From positions 512,001-576,000 of the forward strand of contig CAVZQN010000003.1 in the NCBI GenBank assembly GCA_963777505.1: a stretch of DNA of 64,000 nt. Reading direction: 5' to 3'. Under the pieces are notes generated by a model, which saw only the letters and a list, made by a program, of their open reading frames with translations, had not been told where the DNA came from and did no database searches. Every line of letters begins with the position of its first letter. Within the stretch, counting starts at the first letter, position 1. The translations under genes were made by a program, and so were the position numbers. Source of the stretch: an uncultured bacterium. GTDB lineage: Bacteria; Acidobacteriota; HRBIN11; JAKEFK01. This document shows positions 38,701-48,770 of the stretch, one piece after another.

Positions 38701-41700
38701 GATAACGGGATCATTCGAGTTCCGGGATATCCGTTCATACTCGAAACAATTCAACTCCGTGCTCCATTTGATTTGAATCGCGTCCGTATTGAAAAGCTTA
38801 CCGCACACATGGGAGGCGGTACGATTGAAGGTTCAGGTGGTTTTGATCTAAAGAATTTTCAGCCAGTTAATGCAAATATCACACTTACTGGAAGAAATGT
38901 TGGGATGAGATATCCAGACGACCTCCGTTCTCAATTGAATGCAGATATAAAGATCACTTCACAAGAACAGAATTTTTTGATATCCGGAAATGTTGATATT
39001 GTTCGTTCGACGTATCGCGAGGATATTGATTATCGAGACCGTCTTGTTAATTCACTCCTTTCGCAACGGAAACAACTTGCAACCGTAGCGAGCGCTCCTT
39101 CGCGCTTTAACCTTGATCTAGATGTGAAGACAGTATCGGACTTTAGTATGAATAATAATTTGGCCCGCGTCCGGGCGCTGGCTAATCTTGAAGTGCAAGG
39201 AAATGCTTCTCAGCCCCGAATACTTGGAAGACTTCAAATTAGAGATGGCAGTATTCTATTTTTCCGGGGAAATGAATTTATCGTTGAACGAGGAAATATC
39301 GATTTTTATGGCACGCGAAAGTTAAATCCTGTTTTTGACATTGTTCTTGTCGCTGTTATAGATAACCGGACTCCAGCCGAAACTTTCACAACTGTCGATC
39401 AATATGAAGTAGAAATCAGGGTTAATGGACCTCTGGATAATTTAGAAGATACTACGGTAAATTCATATCCCAGACTTGAAGAGCAGCAGATCTATTCATT
39501 GATCCTGACCGGTGGAACGAATTCGACACTTTCTCAAGCCGGCTCTAAACTATTTCAGCAAGAACTTGCATCGTATTTTGCGGGACAAATCTTCTTTGGC
39601 GCGCCTGAAAAACTAGCAGATGCTTTGGGTCTAACACGAGTAGAAATTCAGCCTGATTTTGTCTCTCCTGAAGAAGATCCATCTGCACGACTCGTTATTG
39701 GAAAAGATGTCACCAGTCAAATAGGGCTGGTTTATTCGATTTCACTATCAGACACTGAAGATCAAACATGGCTCATCAATTACAGGCTCGCGCGTAACTT
39801 CTCACTGCGATTCGTGGATCAAAGTAATGACCCGAATACTCTCGGGTTGCGTCATTCTCTCCGTTTTGGGCCTGGCGTTTCAGCGATAAGAACGCGCCGC
39901 CAAGGCGCTCGCCGGGAACCCAAAGAAATTGAAAAAGTGATCCTTGAAAATAATGTGCCTCTCCCTGATGCAGATGTCTTTAAAAAAATCGATGAGCTTG
40001 AAGGTATGAATTACTACTACTGGAGAGTGTTCGATGAAACGTTGGATCTAAAAGCATTTTTACAAGACAACGGTTATCTCTTTCCGGAAGTTATCGTTCA
40101 AGAAATTAGCTCCGGTGAGGAAAAAATTAATCTTAAGATACAAGTAAACGGCCGTGGAAAACGCACGATGGTCTTTAATGGTTACACACCATCAGGCGGA
40201 CGCCTTAAGAAATATCACGAATGGTGGAGAGAAGGTTTCTCCGAACAGGCTGTTCTAGAACAAATCCTTGACGATTTATATTTGGAGCTTTGGAAAGAAA
40301 ATTATCTACGTGCACAGATCGAACTTAAAACAGAAGGTTCCGCGGAAGACGCTATTCGACATGTCTTCTCAATCACTACTGGAACTCTGTATCAGAATGC
40401 GACCGTGCGATTTAACGGAGCAAATCTGTATGGTGCTGAGTTACTTCAGAAGGACCTCGAAGCACTGTATGGTTCGAAGTCACAAATGGTTATCGATGCT
40501 TTTCATAAATTTCGAATTTTCAAAGATAGCGTTGAGGCTTTATATGTTCAAAAAGGATTTATGGATATTAAAGCGGAAGAAGGTGGAGTTCTATTTCGGG
40601 AAGATGGTACAGCAGAACGCGAAGTCATCATACGTGAGAATCAACTTGCAAGAATCGAGGATCTGGAAGTTTCCAATGGACATGGTTTTCCTCCGGAATT
40701 ACTTGCCAGACTAAAATCCGTACCTGGAAATCCGTATTCGCCTCAAGCTATTAGCGAAGATTTATTAACTGTAACCGAGTTTTATGAGGCAAACGGTTAC
40801 CCTAATGTGGATGTAACCTCGGAATTAGTTCGTAAAGCCGGAGATCCCCGCCTGCTATTACGTTATGATCTTAAAACAGGGCGTCAGGTTCGTATCGGCG
40901 AAATTCGGATAACTGGAAACCACACAACACGACGCGGAGTAATTGAAAGACGTTTAACTTTTAGTGAAGGCGACCTTCTTGTTAAATCCAAGTTATTCGA
41001 ATCTCAACGTCTACTTTATAGAACGCATATTTTTCAACAAGTGCGAGTTGAAGGTGAGGAAAGCGATCAACCGGACGTATACAACGTCACTGTCGATGTG
41101 ACTGAGTCCAGGAAATACAGATTTACCTATGGTGTCAGATATGACTCAGAAAGTGATGTCGGCGGCGATTTTATTCTTGAAGATACACGGCTTTTTGGGA
41201 CCGCTCAAAGTGTCTCCTATTTCACTCGCGCAGATTCATTGTTTCAAGTAGCTGGTCTTACGTATTCAATTCCTTCAATTTGGTTTCCAAGACAGGGCGC
41301 ATATCCAGCAGGCTGGGATGTTCTTCTGTCTTTGCGTTATGAAAGAGAAGACGATGCCGAGGACATCTTCCGAACTCAACGCGCCATTTTCAGCCTTCAA
41401 AAACAGTTTGATTTAGTGGGTCCATTCATAGTTTTGGGCGAATATGGATATAAACGCATTTCAACGAAAGAGTTAAATCCGGATCCGGATAACCCATTTC
41501 CATTTGATCAAACTGATAAAATTTCCGAATTAACCGCCACAATTCTTGCGGATACGCGCGATGATCCGCTCAACGCGAAACGAGGATATTTCGTCTCACT
41601 CGAAAATGCTTTTGCTCCATCATTCTTGAAAGGAAACGTTATCTTTAGCCGCTTCTTCTACCAATTTTTCTATTTCAAATCGTTTGGAAATTTCGTTTGG

Positions 41701-42105
41701 GCAAATGGAATCAGGGTAGGTGTAGGGTTTCCGGAACTTGAACGGCTTATACGTGATGAACGATTTAGGGCAGGAGGAGCGACTACAGTACGAGGTTTCA
41801 AATTAGAGCAGCTAGGCCCAAGTCTTTTTGGGGAGCAATTGTTTGGAGATGCTGTACTGATTCTAAATCAGGAAATCCGCTTCCCTATTTACAAGTGGTT
41901 TGGTGGAGCGGCGTTTTATGATGGCGGGAACGTCTATGCAAAGGCAGAGGATTTAAGCTTCAGCGATATCCGGCATTCAGTTGGACTTGGATTGCGAATC
42001 AACACTCCTTTTGGTGTTGGACGTTTTGATCTGGGTTTCAACCTGGATCCACAATTTGATGAACCACGACAAGTGTTTCACTTTGGCATCGGCCAGGCGT
42101 TTTAA
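35724..42105 (+). CDS. AsmA/TamB-POTRA-Omp85 (TamA/BamA-like) fusion, split by one apparent +1 frameshift near 37084
   Basis: ORF 35724-37091 has an N-terminal TM and beta-taco repeats. ORF 37102-42105 has the TamB C-domain (RLVIGKDVTSQIGLVYS), POTRA (IRITGN..TR..VI.R.L), VRGF, EIRFP, FYDGGNV, G.G.R..TPFG..RFDLG and a C-terminal GIGQAF. Removing T37084 joins the frames (RKFDVGNVAG). Confidence 0.8.
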
Positions 42106-42131
42106 CTCACCATAAGTATAAAGAAAAAAAT

Positions 42132-43184
42132 ATGGATTGGACGACTCTCGTACTGTGGATATTAATCGGAATTCTCGGTTTTCAAATTGTATATGCTCTC
42201 GTCAAAGTATTCTGGCGGATGCGATCTGAGTATCAACGGAGAAGTAAGAATGAACGGCCTAAAGTTCGAGTGGACCGGAATGGAATTTGGCGTGATCCTG
42301 GGGATGTTTCAAAACTAAATTTTTCCGATGGTCCCGGTGGGAGCAATGGTGCCCCAGCCGCGCCTTTCCGAATTTTAGAAGAACATGGAACAGGATCAAG
42401 CCCTAATGTTTCTGTTCAAGATGCGAAAGGCAGTCGATGGCGGGTGAAGTGGGGAGAAGAAGTTCGATCAGAAACCTTCGCTACCAGGGTTGTATGGGCG
42501 GCAGGATATTTCGTTGAAACAGCCTATTTTGTTCATGAAGGCAAAATTGAAGGCGCCTCTAATCTACAACGCGCCCAACAATATATTGATGAGAATGGCA
42601 ATTTTACGGATGCACGATTCGAATTAGACGAACAAGGCATTGTCAAACATTTTGATGAACATAGCTGGGCATGGAATGACAATCCGTTTCTTGGTACAAA
42701 AGAGCTCAATGGATTAAAAATTCTGATCATGTTTTTATCCAATTGGGACAACAAAGATGTTAGAGATGTTGCAAGGGGATCGAATACTGGAACCTTTCAT
42801 TACAAACTACCAGATGGAGCAGTCGAAGCACGATACTTGATTATTGATTGGGGAGCATCGATGGGAAAATGGGGTGACATTATGTTAAGAGGTAAATGGG
42901 ACCCGCAGGGTTACCTGAATGAAACTCCAAACTTCATCAAGGGAGTAGAAAATGAAATCGTGATCTGGGGTTATACCGGACAACGTACGAATGATGCTGT
43001 GCTAAACATCACCGTTGAGAATGTGAGATGGCTATATAGCTATCTGCGTCAAATAAAGGATTCCCAGTTTGAAGACGGATTACGGGCAAGTGGTGCTAAG
43101 GAAGAGGAGATTCCCATATTTGTGAAAGCGCTGCGGGCGCGGATCAATCAAATGGACAAAATAGTAAGGCAAGAGCCTAAGTAA
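42132..43184 (+). CDS. Membrane-anchored hypothetical protein, putative atypical (HipA/PI3K-like) kinase fold
   Basis: N-terminal TM, GTGSSP, WRVKWG, RSE, NWDNK...N and IIDWG in kinase-like order. Confidence 0.5.
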   Translation: MDWTTLVLWILIGILGFQIVYALVKVFWRMRSEYQRRSKNERPKVRVDRNGIWRDPGDVSKLNFSDGPGGSNGAPAAPFRILEEHGTGSSPNVSVQDAKGSRWRVKWGEEVRSETFATRVVWAAGYFVETAYFVHEGKIEGASNLQRAQQYIDENGNFTDARFELDEQGIVKHFDEHSWAWNDNPFLGTKELNGLKILIMFLSNWDNKDVRDVARGSNTGTFHYKLPDGAVEARYLIIDWGASMGKWGDIMLRGKWDPQGYLNETPNFIKGVENEIVIWGYTGQRTNDAVLNITVENVRWLYSYLRQIKDSQFEDGLRASGAKEEEIPIFVKALRARINQMDKIVRQEPK

Positions 43185-43189
43185 TTAAC

Positions 43190-44572
43190 ATGAATGTACA
43201 ACTGATCAATGCAGGCCCTTGGACAGGCGGTGTTACTGATCAAACTGCGATTGTAAAAGCTTCAGTATTGCCAGCCGTAAAGAGTGCCAGCCTTATCCTC
43301 TCAACCGATCTGGCTTTTTCGCGCGTTCGTTCGTTCAATTTAAATTCCATGTGGGAAGATCCCGGTCATAAATACCGTCATAAAATTTTGAATTTTCTTC
43401 TTTCCGGCTTACAACCCTTCCAGCAATATTATTATTACCTCCTTTTAAATGATGTAAGCCAACGCGAATGTGTTGCAGCTTTTAAAACCCTTCCTGCGGC
43501 TGGAAGTCGTCAGGATTTTAAAATTGCCTTTGGGTCCTGTTCGGGGAACAAAAAGTTTACAAACATTCGATATCCAATGCCCGAAAGTTTCATGGCCATT
43601 GAAAATGAACCCGAGTTACTTCTCTTTTTGCATCTTGGCGATCTTCATTATGGGAACATCAGGAAGCCTGAAATTGCAATCCGTCTTGAAAAATATGACT
43701 GGATGTTACGACGCAAAGAACCTGGAGATCTGTTTCGAGCGCATGCGATGGCCTACGTCTGGGACGATCATGATTTTCTTGGAGATGACACCGATGGCGG
43801 TGATATAAAAAACAAAGCCGCTGCAGTTGTTGCGCGTGAGGCATATGACTTGTACGTACCACACTATCCTCTTGCTGAAGATGGGACAGATGGAATTTAT
43901 CAATCCTTTGTTGTGGGAAAAGTGTTGTTCATTTTGACTGACAATCGTTTCCATAAATTGCATCACGGTTCGGATACCAGTCCGAGATCAATGTTGGGTG
44001 TGAAACAAAGAGACTGGTTCAAGGCGCAGCTGTTAATGGGAAAAAATTATGACCTCATCGTTTGGTGCAATTCACTGCCTTGGGTTGGAAAATCGCATCC
44101 GCGTGAAGTTTTTTGGGCAGGATATAGTGATGAGCGAACAAGCATTTCCAATTTCATCATCGAAAATCAAGTTCGAAATCTTTGTATGCTTTCCGGAGAC
44201 GCACATATGCTTGCGATTGATGATGGTAGTAATAGTGGTTTTAGCGCAGATGGTGCGGGTGGATTCCCCTTGTTCCATGCAGCAGCTCTCGAAAGTCGTC
44301 CGACGCGAAAAGGCGGAATTTACAGCAAAGGGACAAAAGATGGAGGACCTGGCCGGGGTATTGCCGGAACAGGGCAATATGGCGTAATGGAAGTGAAGTA
44401 TAAACGAGATGAAAAAGGGGAATCGTTACCCGGTCCGCGTGTTCATTGGATCGGCAAACGAGTTTGTAGAATGAAAGCAAATGAAGATGATTTGGATTGT
44501 CAAATTCTGTTAACTCATGACTTCGACGCAGATAAGGCAACAATTCTAAAAAAAGTTCCACGTTCTAAATAA
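43190..44572 (+). CDS. phoD: PhoD-like alkaline phosphatase / phosphodiesterase
   Basis: AFGSC, LHLGDLHY, WDDHD, TDNR, MLG..Q..W and LSGDAH; no obvious Tat or Sec signal. Confidence 0.8.
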   Translation: MNVQLINAGPWTGGVTDQTAIVKASVLPAVKSASLILSTDLAFSRVRSFNLNSMWEDPGHKYRHKILNFLLSGLQPFQQYYYYLLLNDVSQRECVAAFKTLPAAGSRQDFKIAFGSCSGNKKFTNIRYPMPESFMAIENEPELLLFLHLGDLHYGNIRKPEIAIRLEKYDWMLRRKEPGDLFRAHAMAYVWDDHDFLGDDTDGGDIKNKAAAVVAREAYDLYVPHYPLAEDGTDGIYQSFVVGKVLFILTDNRFHKLHHGSDTSPRSMLGVKQRDWFKAQLLMGKNYDLIVWCNSLPWVGKSHPREVFWAGYSDERTSISNFIIENQVRNLCMLSGDAHMLAIDDGSNSGFSADGAGGFPLFHAAALESRPTRKGGIYSKGTKDGGPGRGIAGTGQYGVMEVKYKRDEKGESLPGPRVHWIGKRVCRMKANEDDLDCQILLTHDFDADKATILKKVPRSK

Positions 44573-44675
44573 CTGTGTCCACTAAATAATACACTTCAAG
44601 GAAGTATCTCGTCGAAAAAGAGCCTTGCACGTTTCTTGCTTTCGCATAATCATTGAAGTAACGGGAGACTGAACT

Positions 44676-45347
44676 ATGAAAACAAAGATTGCCTATGTAA
44701 TGTTATTTTTGCTTCCATTTGCGCTAATCGCTCAACCCGCGCCTGCGCCGAATTTTTATCAGAAAGGTATGCAACATTTTAATGCTGGTGAATATGACGC
44801 CGCTATTCAATCGTTCATGAAAGTCGTGAATCACAAGCCTGGTCCGAATCAAAAGAATGCGCCTGCAAATCACCCTAAAAAGGCTGATGCCTTTTACTAC
44901 ATCGCAATGAGCCATATTAAGAAAGCTCCCGATGGCGCGAATACTCCTGATGTAGCTCTGGAGAATTTGAACAAAGCGCTTGAAATTAAACCTGCTTTTC
45001 CTCCGGCAAGATTGGCACGCGGAAAAGCATTCATTCAACGGAAGCAATACGAACAAGCGCTTTCAGATCTGACTGTTGCGGTTGAAGCAATGCCGGACAA
45101 TGAAGAAGCGCAGTTTCAAGTGTCTTTAGCCTACAGCTGGTTAACGAATTATCCGAAAGCAATTGAGCACTTTAAGCGCGTTGTAGCCATTAATCCCAAC
45201 AATCCGTATGGCCAGTATTATCTTGGACAAGCATATGCAAAGAGTGGGGAGAGAAGCCTTGCTGAAGATCATTGGAGAATATTTCTAAAGCTTTGTCCGA
45301 CTTGTCCTGAAGCTCCGGTAGTGAACAACTTTTTATCCGGTCGATAA
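44676..45347 (+). CDS. Exported tetratricopeptide repeat protein
   Basis: Signal peptide and several TPR motifs (AL.I.P...A...G.A, AI..F...AINP.N....YYLG). Confidence 0.88.
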   Translation: MKTKIAYVMLFLLPFALIAQPAPAPNFYQKGMQHFNAGEYDAAIQSFMKVVNHKPGPNQKNAPANHPKKADAFYYIAMSHIKKAPDGANTPDVALENLNKALEIKPAFPPARLARGKAFIQRKQYEQALSDLTVAVEAMPDNEEAQFQVSLAYSWLTNYPKAIEHFKRVVAINPNNPYGQYYLGQAYAKSGERSLAEDHWRIFLKLCPTCPEAPVVNNFLSGR

Positions 45348-45385
45348 CAGAGTGAAGGGAGATGCTTGTGCTACACTGATTCAGC

Positions 45386-46219
45386 ATGAAGCAATCTCGT
45401 AGAAAAGTTGAAATTGAGGGCATCTCCGTATTCCTAGCGCATCCAGATGAATTGCCGATGCGTTGGATCGGACAACCAGATCTGGTCTTGCAACTTCATG
45501 CTTGTTGGAGCGTGATTGATGAAAGAGATGTACCTCTTTCACCGCGATTGATCGGTAAACCAGGAGTCGGAAAGACCACCCTTGCATACGGCGCTGCAAA
45601 ACAACTCGGTCGTGATGTCTATATTTTTCAAGCTACGATGGACACTCGTCCCGAAGATTTATTGATCACTCCAGTAATTGCAGATGATCGTAAGATTCAA
45701 TATGTTGCAAGCCCTGTAGTCACTGCAATGATTACAGGAGGCGTCGCCGTCCTGGATGAAGGGAACCGCATGTCCGAAAAATCATGGGCATCTCTTGCTC
45801 CATTATTGGATACACGCCGATACATTGAATCAATCGTGGCGGGAGTCAAGGTGAAAGCGCATCCTGATTTTCGCATCGTAGCTACCATGAATGATGACGC
45901 GAGTACTTTCGAAATTCCTGAATATATTCACACACGACTTCAACCGCAAATCTATTTGGATTTTCCTGAACGCGAGGAAGAATTAGCAATTCTCCAGGAA
46001 AATTTGCCGTTTGTTGATGAAAAAATCCTTACATACGTTGTTAATTTTCTCGAACGATGCCATCAAGCCGATGAGCCATATACAGTTCGCGATGGGATTA
46101 ATGTTGCGCGATATGTTGCAAAACGTTTGAGTCTTGGAAAGGTGGATTTGAAAGAACTTTTGCACGACGCGATCTTAAAAGTCATTGGCGAAAGCGGATT
46201 GCGGTATACAGGTGATTAA
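45386..46219 (+). CDS. MoxR-like AAA+ ATPase
   Basis: GKPGVGKTT, VLDEGNR, HPDFRIVATMN and arginine finger in HTRL. Confidence 0.88.
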   Translation: MKQSRRKVEIEGISVFLAHPDELPMRWIGQPDLVLQLHACWSVIDERDVPLSPRLIGKPGVGKTTLAYGAAKQLGRDVYIFQATMDTRPEDLLITPVIADDRKIQYVASPVVTAMITGGVAVLDEGNRMSEKSWASLAPLLDTRRYIESIVAGVKVKAHPDFRIVATMNDDASTFEIPEYIHTRLQPQIYLDFPEREEELAILQENLPFVDEKILTYVVNFLERCHQADEPYTVRDGINVARYVAKRLSLGKVDLKELLHDAILKVIGESGLRYTGD

Positions 46220-46222
46220 ACC

Positions 46223-48154
46223 TTGTCTGCTTTGTATCAGGAACGGATCGGACGATTCGTTCTGTTTCCAGTAATTCATCACTCTTTCGAATTTGCAAAG
46301 GCTGCCCGCAGTGCATTCAACACAATCCAACCCATCGCAGTTGCTGTAGAGTACCCTTCAATACTTGAAGATTTGATTCTCCAGGGAATCCAGAGACTTC
46401 CTAAAATTTCAATTCTTCTTTACGGACAGCAGATCAGACATTACATCCGTATTGAACCAGTTGATGCATTTGTAGAGTTATCGCGCTTAGCAATCGAAGC
46501 AAATATTCCAGTTAAATGTATTGATCTTTATTTACCGGACTATCCGGATTTTACCGATCCTGTTCCAGATACGTTCGCAATTCATTCACTCGGACATGAA
46601 AAATATTGCAAAGAATTTTTGAATAGAATCCAACCTCAAAAGACCGAGCAGGACAAACAGCGTGAACAAGCGATGGCTTTTCACCTTCAGGAGCTGGATC
46701 GAATCCTTCCTAAAACGGGCGATATCCTTGTAGCTTGTGGGCTTTTTCACATAAACGGATTGATTGATGCACTTAAAACTCCAATGCCTCGTCCTTTTGA
46801 GCAAAAGCCTTCCGCAAAAATCTATCACCTAAGCTCTTCTTCGCTGGGTGAAATTATGGGGACTTTTCCGTTTCTGACCTCAGTTTATGAGCTTCAGCGA
46901 AGCGGAACGATCGAAGTGACTGAAGACATAGAAAGCCCCAAGCCTGTGGTTACCAAAGATAAACCGCTACTACTGTACAAAGGCGATAAACCTGCATCAC
47001 TTGATGAATTCGCAAAAAAGGCACATTACAGGGTTGCAGCAAAATCCGCTGATCGTGATCGAAATGAAATTCTTGCGCGTTTTATTCAGGAATGTCGAGC
47101 GTACTACGAACAGGAAATTGGAGATCAGTTAAGCCCGCAACAAATGATGTTGATCAATCAATTTCTGCGGAAATATGCCGCAATCAAGGAAATGCTCTTG
47201 CCCGATTTTTATGAACTTCTCATTGGAGGACGTGGTTGTGTCAACTCACATTTCTGTTATCGCATGTGGGAAATTGGAACGTGTTATCCGGTACAGCAAG
47301 GTGCAAGCGAAATCGAAATTATTGAGTTGCGCGCAGAGGATCTATTCAGCCTGGTCAGCAAAGTAAGGATGAATCCCCATCCACCGTTGAAGCCCAGAGC
47401 TGCACTCCCTCGATTTTTGCGTCGACAAGAAAAGCAAAAACGGAATACTCGCGAAGGATTGGAATTCGATCCTTTTACAATTTGCTCCCATCAGCCAGAA
47501 GATCTCGTGATTGAAAATTATGGGAATTACCTTCGAACAAAAGGTAAAAGCATGTTGAGTGATGAAAAAAAGCGAGTAAGGCCTTTCGAGACTTCCTTGC
47601 TGGATGGAATTGATCTTCGTGAAACGATCCGCAATTGGCATACAGGTCAAATTTATGTGCAGGAATGTATGACTATTAAAGGCGAAATTAGCTCGCTTGT
47701 GGTGATTTTTGATGAAGATCAGGAAAAATATCCTCACACTATGACGTGGCTTGGCGAGCATTATCAAGAATCGGATATGGCATTTTATGCAACAGATCCA
47801 GAAGAACGTCAGGTGGGACCAGGAATTCGCAAATCGATTTATGGCGGTTATTTAATGACAATGCCTCCAGGTCGTCTCTTTGATATTTTTGGTGACCCTG
47901 CATACTCCGGAACTCTCAATCATGCTGAACGATTGTTGATGGCTGGAATCGATTATAGTCTCGAAAAGTTTGTCGTATATGCTGCGCCTAAACCTCCACG
48001 TCCGGTATTTCAGGTGCTCGCAGGCCGTTATGGCAAGCGTATCCTTTATGTTCCGCTATCTCAGCTCTCTCCTGTCATGGTTCAGCGTATCCGTACCTTC
48101 CACATTTTGTCCAATAAGTCGGTGAGGGATTATGCATCGGACTACATTTGGTGA
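46223..48154 (+). CDS. Conserved hypothetical MoxR partner (N-terminal TraB/GumN-like domain; C-terminal DGIDLRETIR region)
   Basis: VAVEYP, REQAMAFHL...VACGLFH and DGIDLRETIRN; starts 3 nt after the AAA stop. Confidence 0.6.
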   Translation: MSALYQERIGRFVLFPVIHHSFEFAKAARSAFNTIQPIAVAVEYPSILEDLILQGIQRLPKISILLYGQQIRHYIRIEPVDAFVELSRLAIEANIPVKCIDLYLPDYPDFTDPVPDTFAIHSLGHEKYCKEFLNRIQPQKTEQDKQREQAMAFHLQELDRILPKTGDILVACGLFHINGLIDALKTPMPRPFEQKPSAKIYHLSSSSLGEIMGTFPFLTSVYELQRSGTIEVTEDIESPKPVVTKDKPLLLYKGDKPASLDEFAKKAHYRVAAKSADRDRNEILARFIQECRAYYEQEIGDQLSPQQMMLINQFLRKYAAIKEMLLPDFYELLIGGRGCVNSHFCYRMWEIGTCYPVQQGASEIEIIELRAEDLFSLVSKVRMNPHPPLKPRAALPRFLRRQEKQKRNTREGLEFDPFTICSHQPEDLVIENYGNYLRTKGKSMLSDEKKRVRPFETSLLDGIDLRETIRNWHTGQIYVQECMTIKGEISSLVVIFDEDQEKYPHTMTWLGEHYQESDMAFYATDPEERQVGPGIRKSIYGGYLMTMPPGRLFDIFGDPAYSGTLNHAERLLMAGIDYSLEKFVVYAAPKPPRPVFQVLAGRYGKRILYVPLSQLSPVMVQRIRTFHILSNKSVRDYASDYIW

Positions 48155-48175
48155 AGTTGGTGGAGTAAGATAGAC

Positions 48176-48672
48176 GCAGGGGAGCAGGGGAGAAAGGGAG
48201 CAGGGGTGAAGAGCGCGTGGGAGCGGTGGAGAAGGAGATCAAATGAAAAGAGGAATTCAGAGCCACCGCGAACTAGACGTTTATAAAATGGCCTTTGAGG
48301 CCGCTATGAAATTATTTGAAGTGACCAAAACTTTTCCTCCTGACGAAAAGTATTCTTTAACTGGTCAAATCCGTCGTGCTTCTAGATCAGTTTGTGCAAA
48401 TCTGGCAGAAGCTTGGAGAAAGCGGCGCTATAGAGCCGCTTTTGTAAGTAAACTTTGTGATTGTGAAGGCGAGGCTGCAGAGGTCCAAACTTGGATTGAG
48501 TTCGCAGTAAAGTGTAATTACGTAGAGAAAGCATCGGCTAAAACTTTGTATTTTGAGTATGACCAAATTATCGGAAAACTAGTAAGAATGATTAATTATC
48601 CAGAACCATGGGTTCTTCACGGCACCAAACCTTCCTAATCACCCCAGCTCCCCTGCTCCTCTGCTCCCCTGC
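48176..48672 (+). mobile_element. Putative cassette: four-helix-bundle gene enclosed by 34-bp family B inverted repeats
   Basis: 48176-48209 GCAGGGGAGCAGGGGAGAAAGGGAGCAGGGGTGA versus the reverse complement of 48639-48672, GCAGGGGAGCAGAGGAGCAGGGGAGCTGGGGTGA (30/34). Mobility is inferred. Confidence 0.6.
48243..48638 (+). CDS. Four helix bundle protein (23S rRNA IVS protein / Avd-like family)
   Basis: L.VY..A, FP.DEKYSLT.QIRRASRSV.ANLAE, F..KL....GEAAE..TW; AAGGAG RBS. Confidence 0.93.
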   Translation: MKRGIQSHRELDVYKMAFEAAMKLFEVTKTFPPDEKYSLTGQIRRASRSVCANLAEAWRKRRYRAAFVSKLCDCEGEAAEVQTWIEFAVKCNYVEKASAKTLYFEYDQIIGKLVRMINYPEPWVLHGTKPS

Positions 48673-48712
48673 AGGTCTATACTACAAAAATAGTACTACA
48701 CGCACAATTGGT

Positions 48713-48741
48713 TTGACACTCTACGACCTTTTTATTACACT
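48713..48741 (+). promoter_or_regulatory. Sigma70-type promoter for the kds/pyrG operon
   Basis: TTGACA (48713-48718), 17-nt spacer, TACACT (48736-48741), 29 nt before the kdsB ATG. Confidence 0.7.
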
Positions 48742-48770
48742 TAGGTGCGGTTTGAAGACGATGCTTTAGA

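Noticed and set aside
48243-48638. 23S rRNA intervening sequence or DGR
   Set aside because: No rRNA sequence, reverse transcriptase or TR/VR pair is visible in the window; only the protein family is shared.
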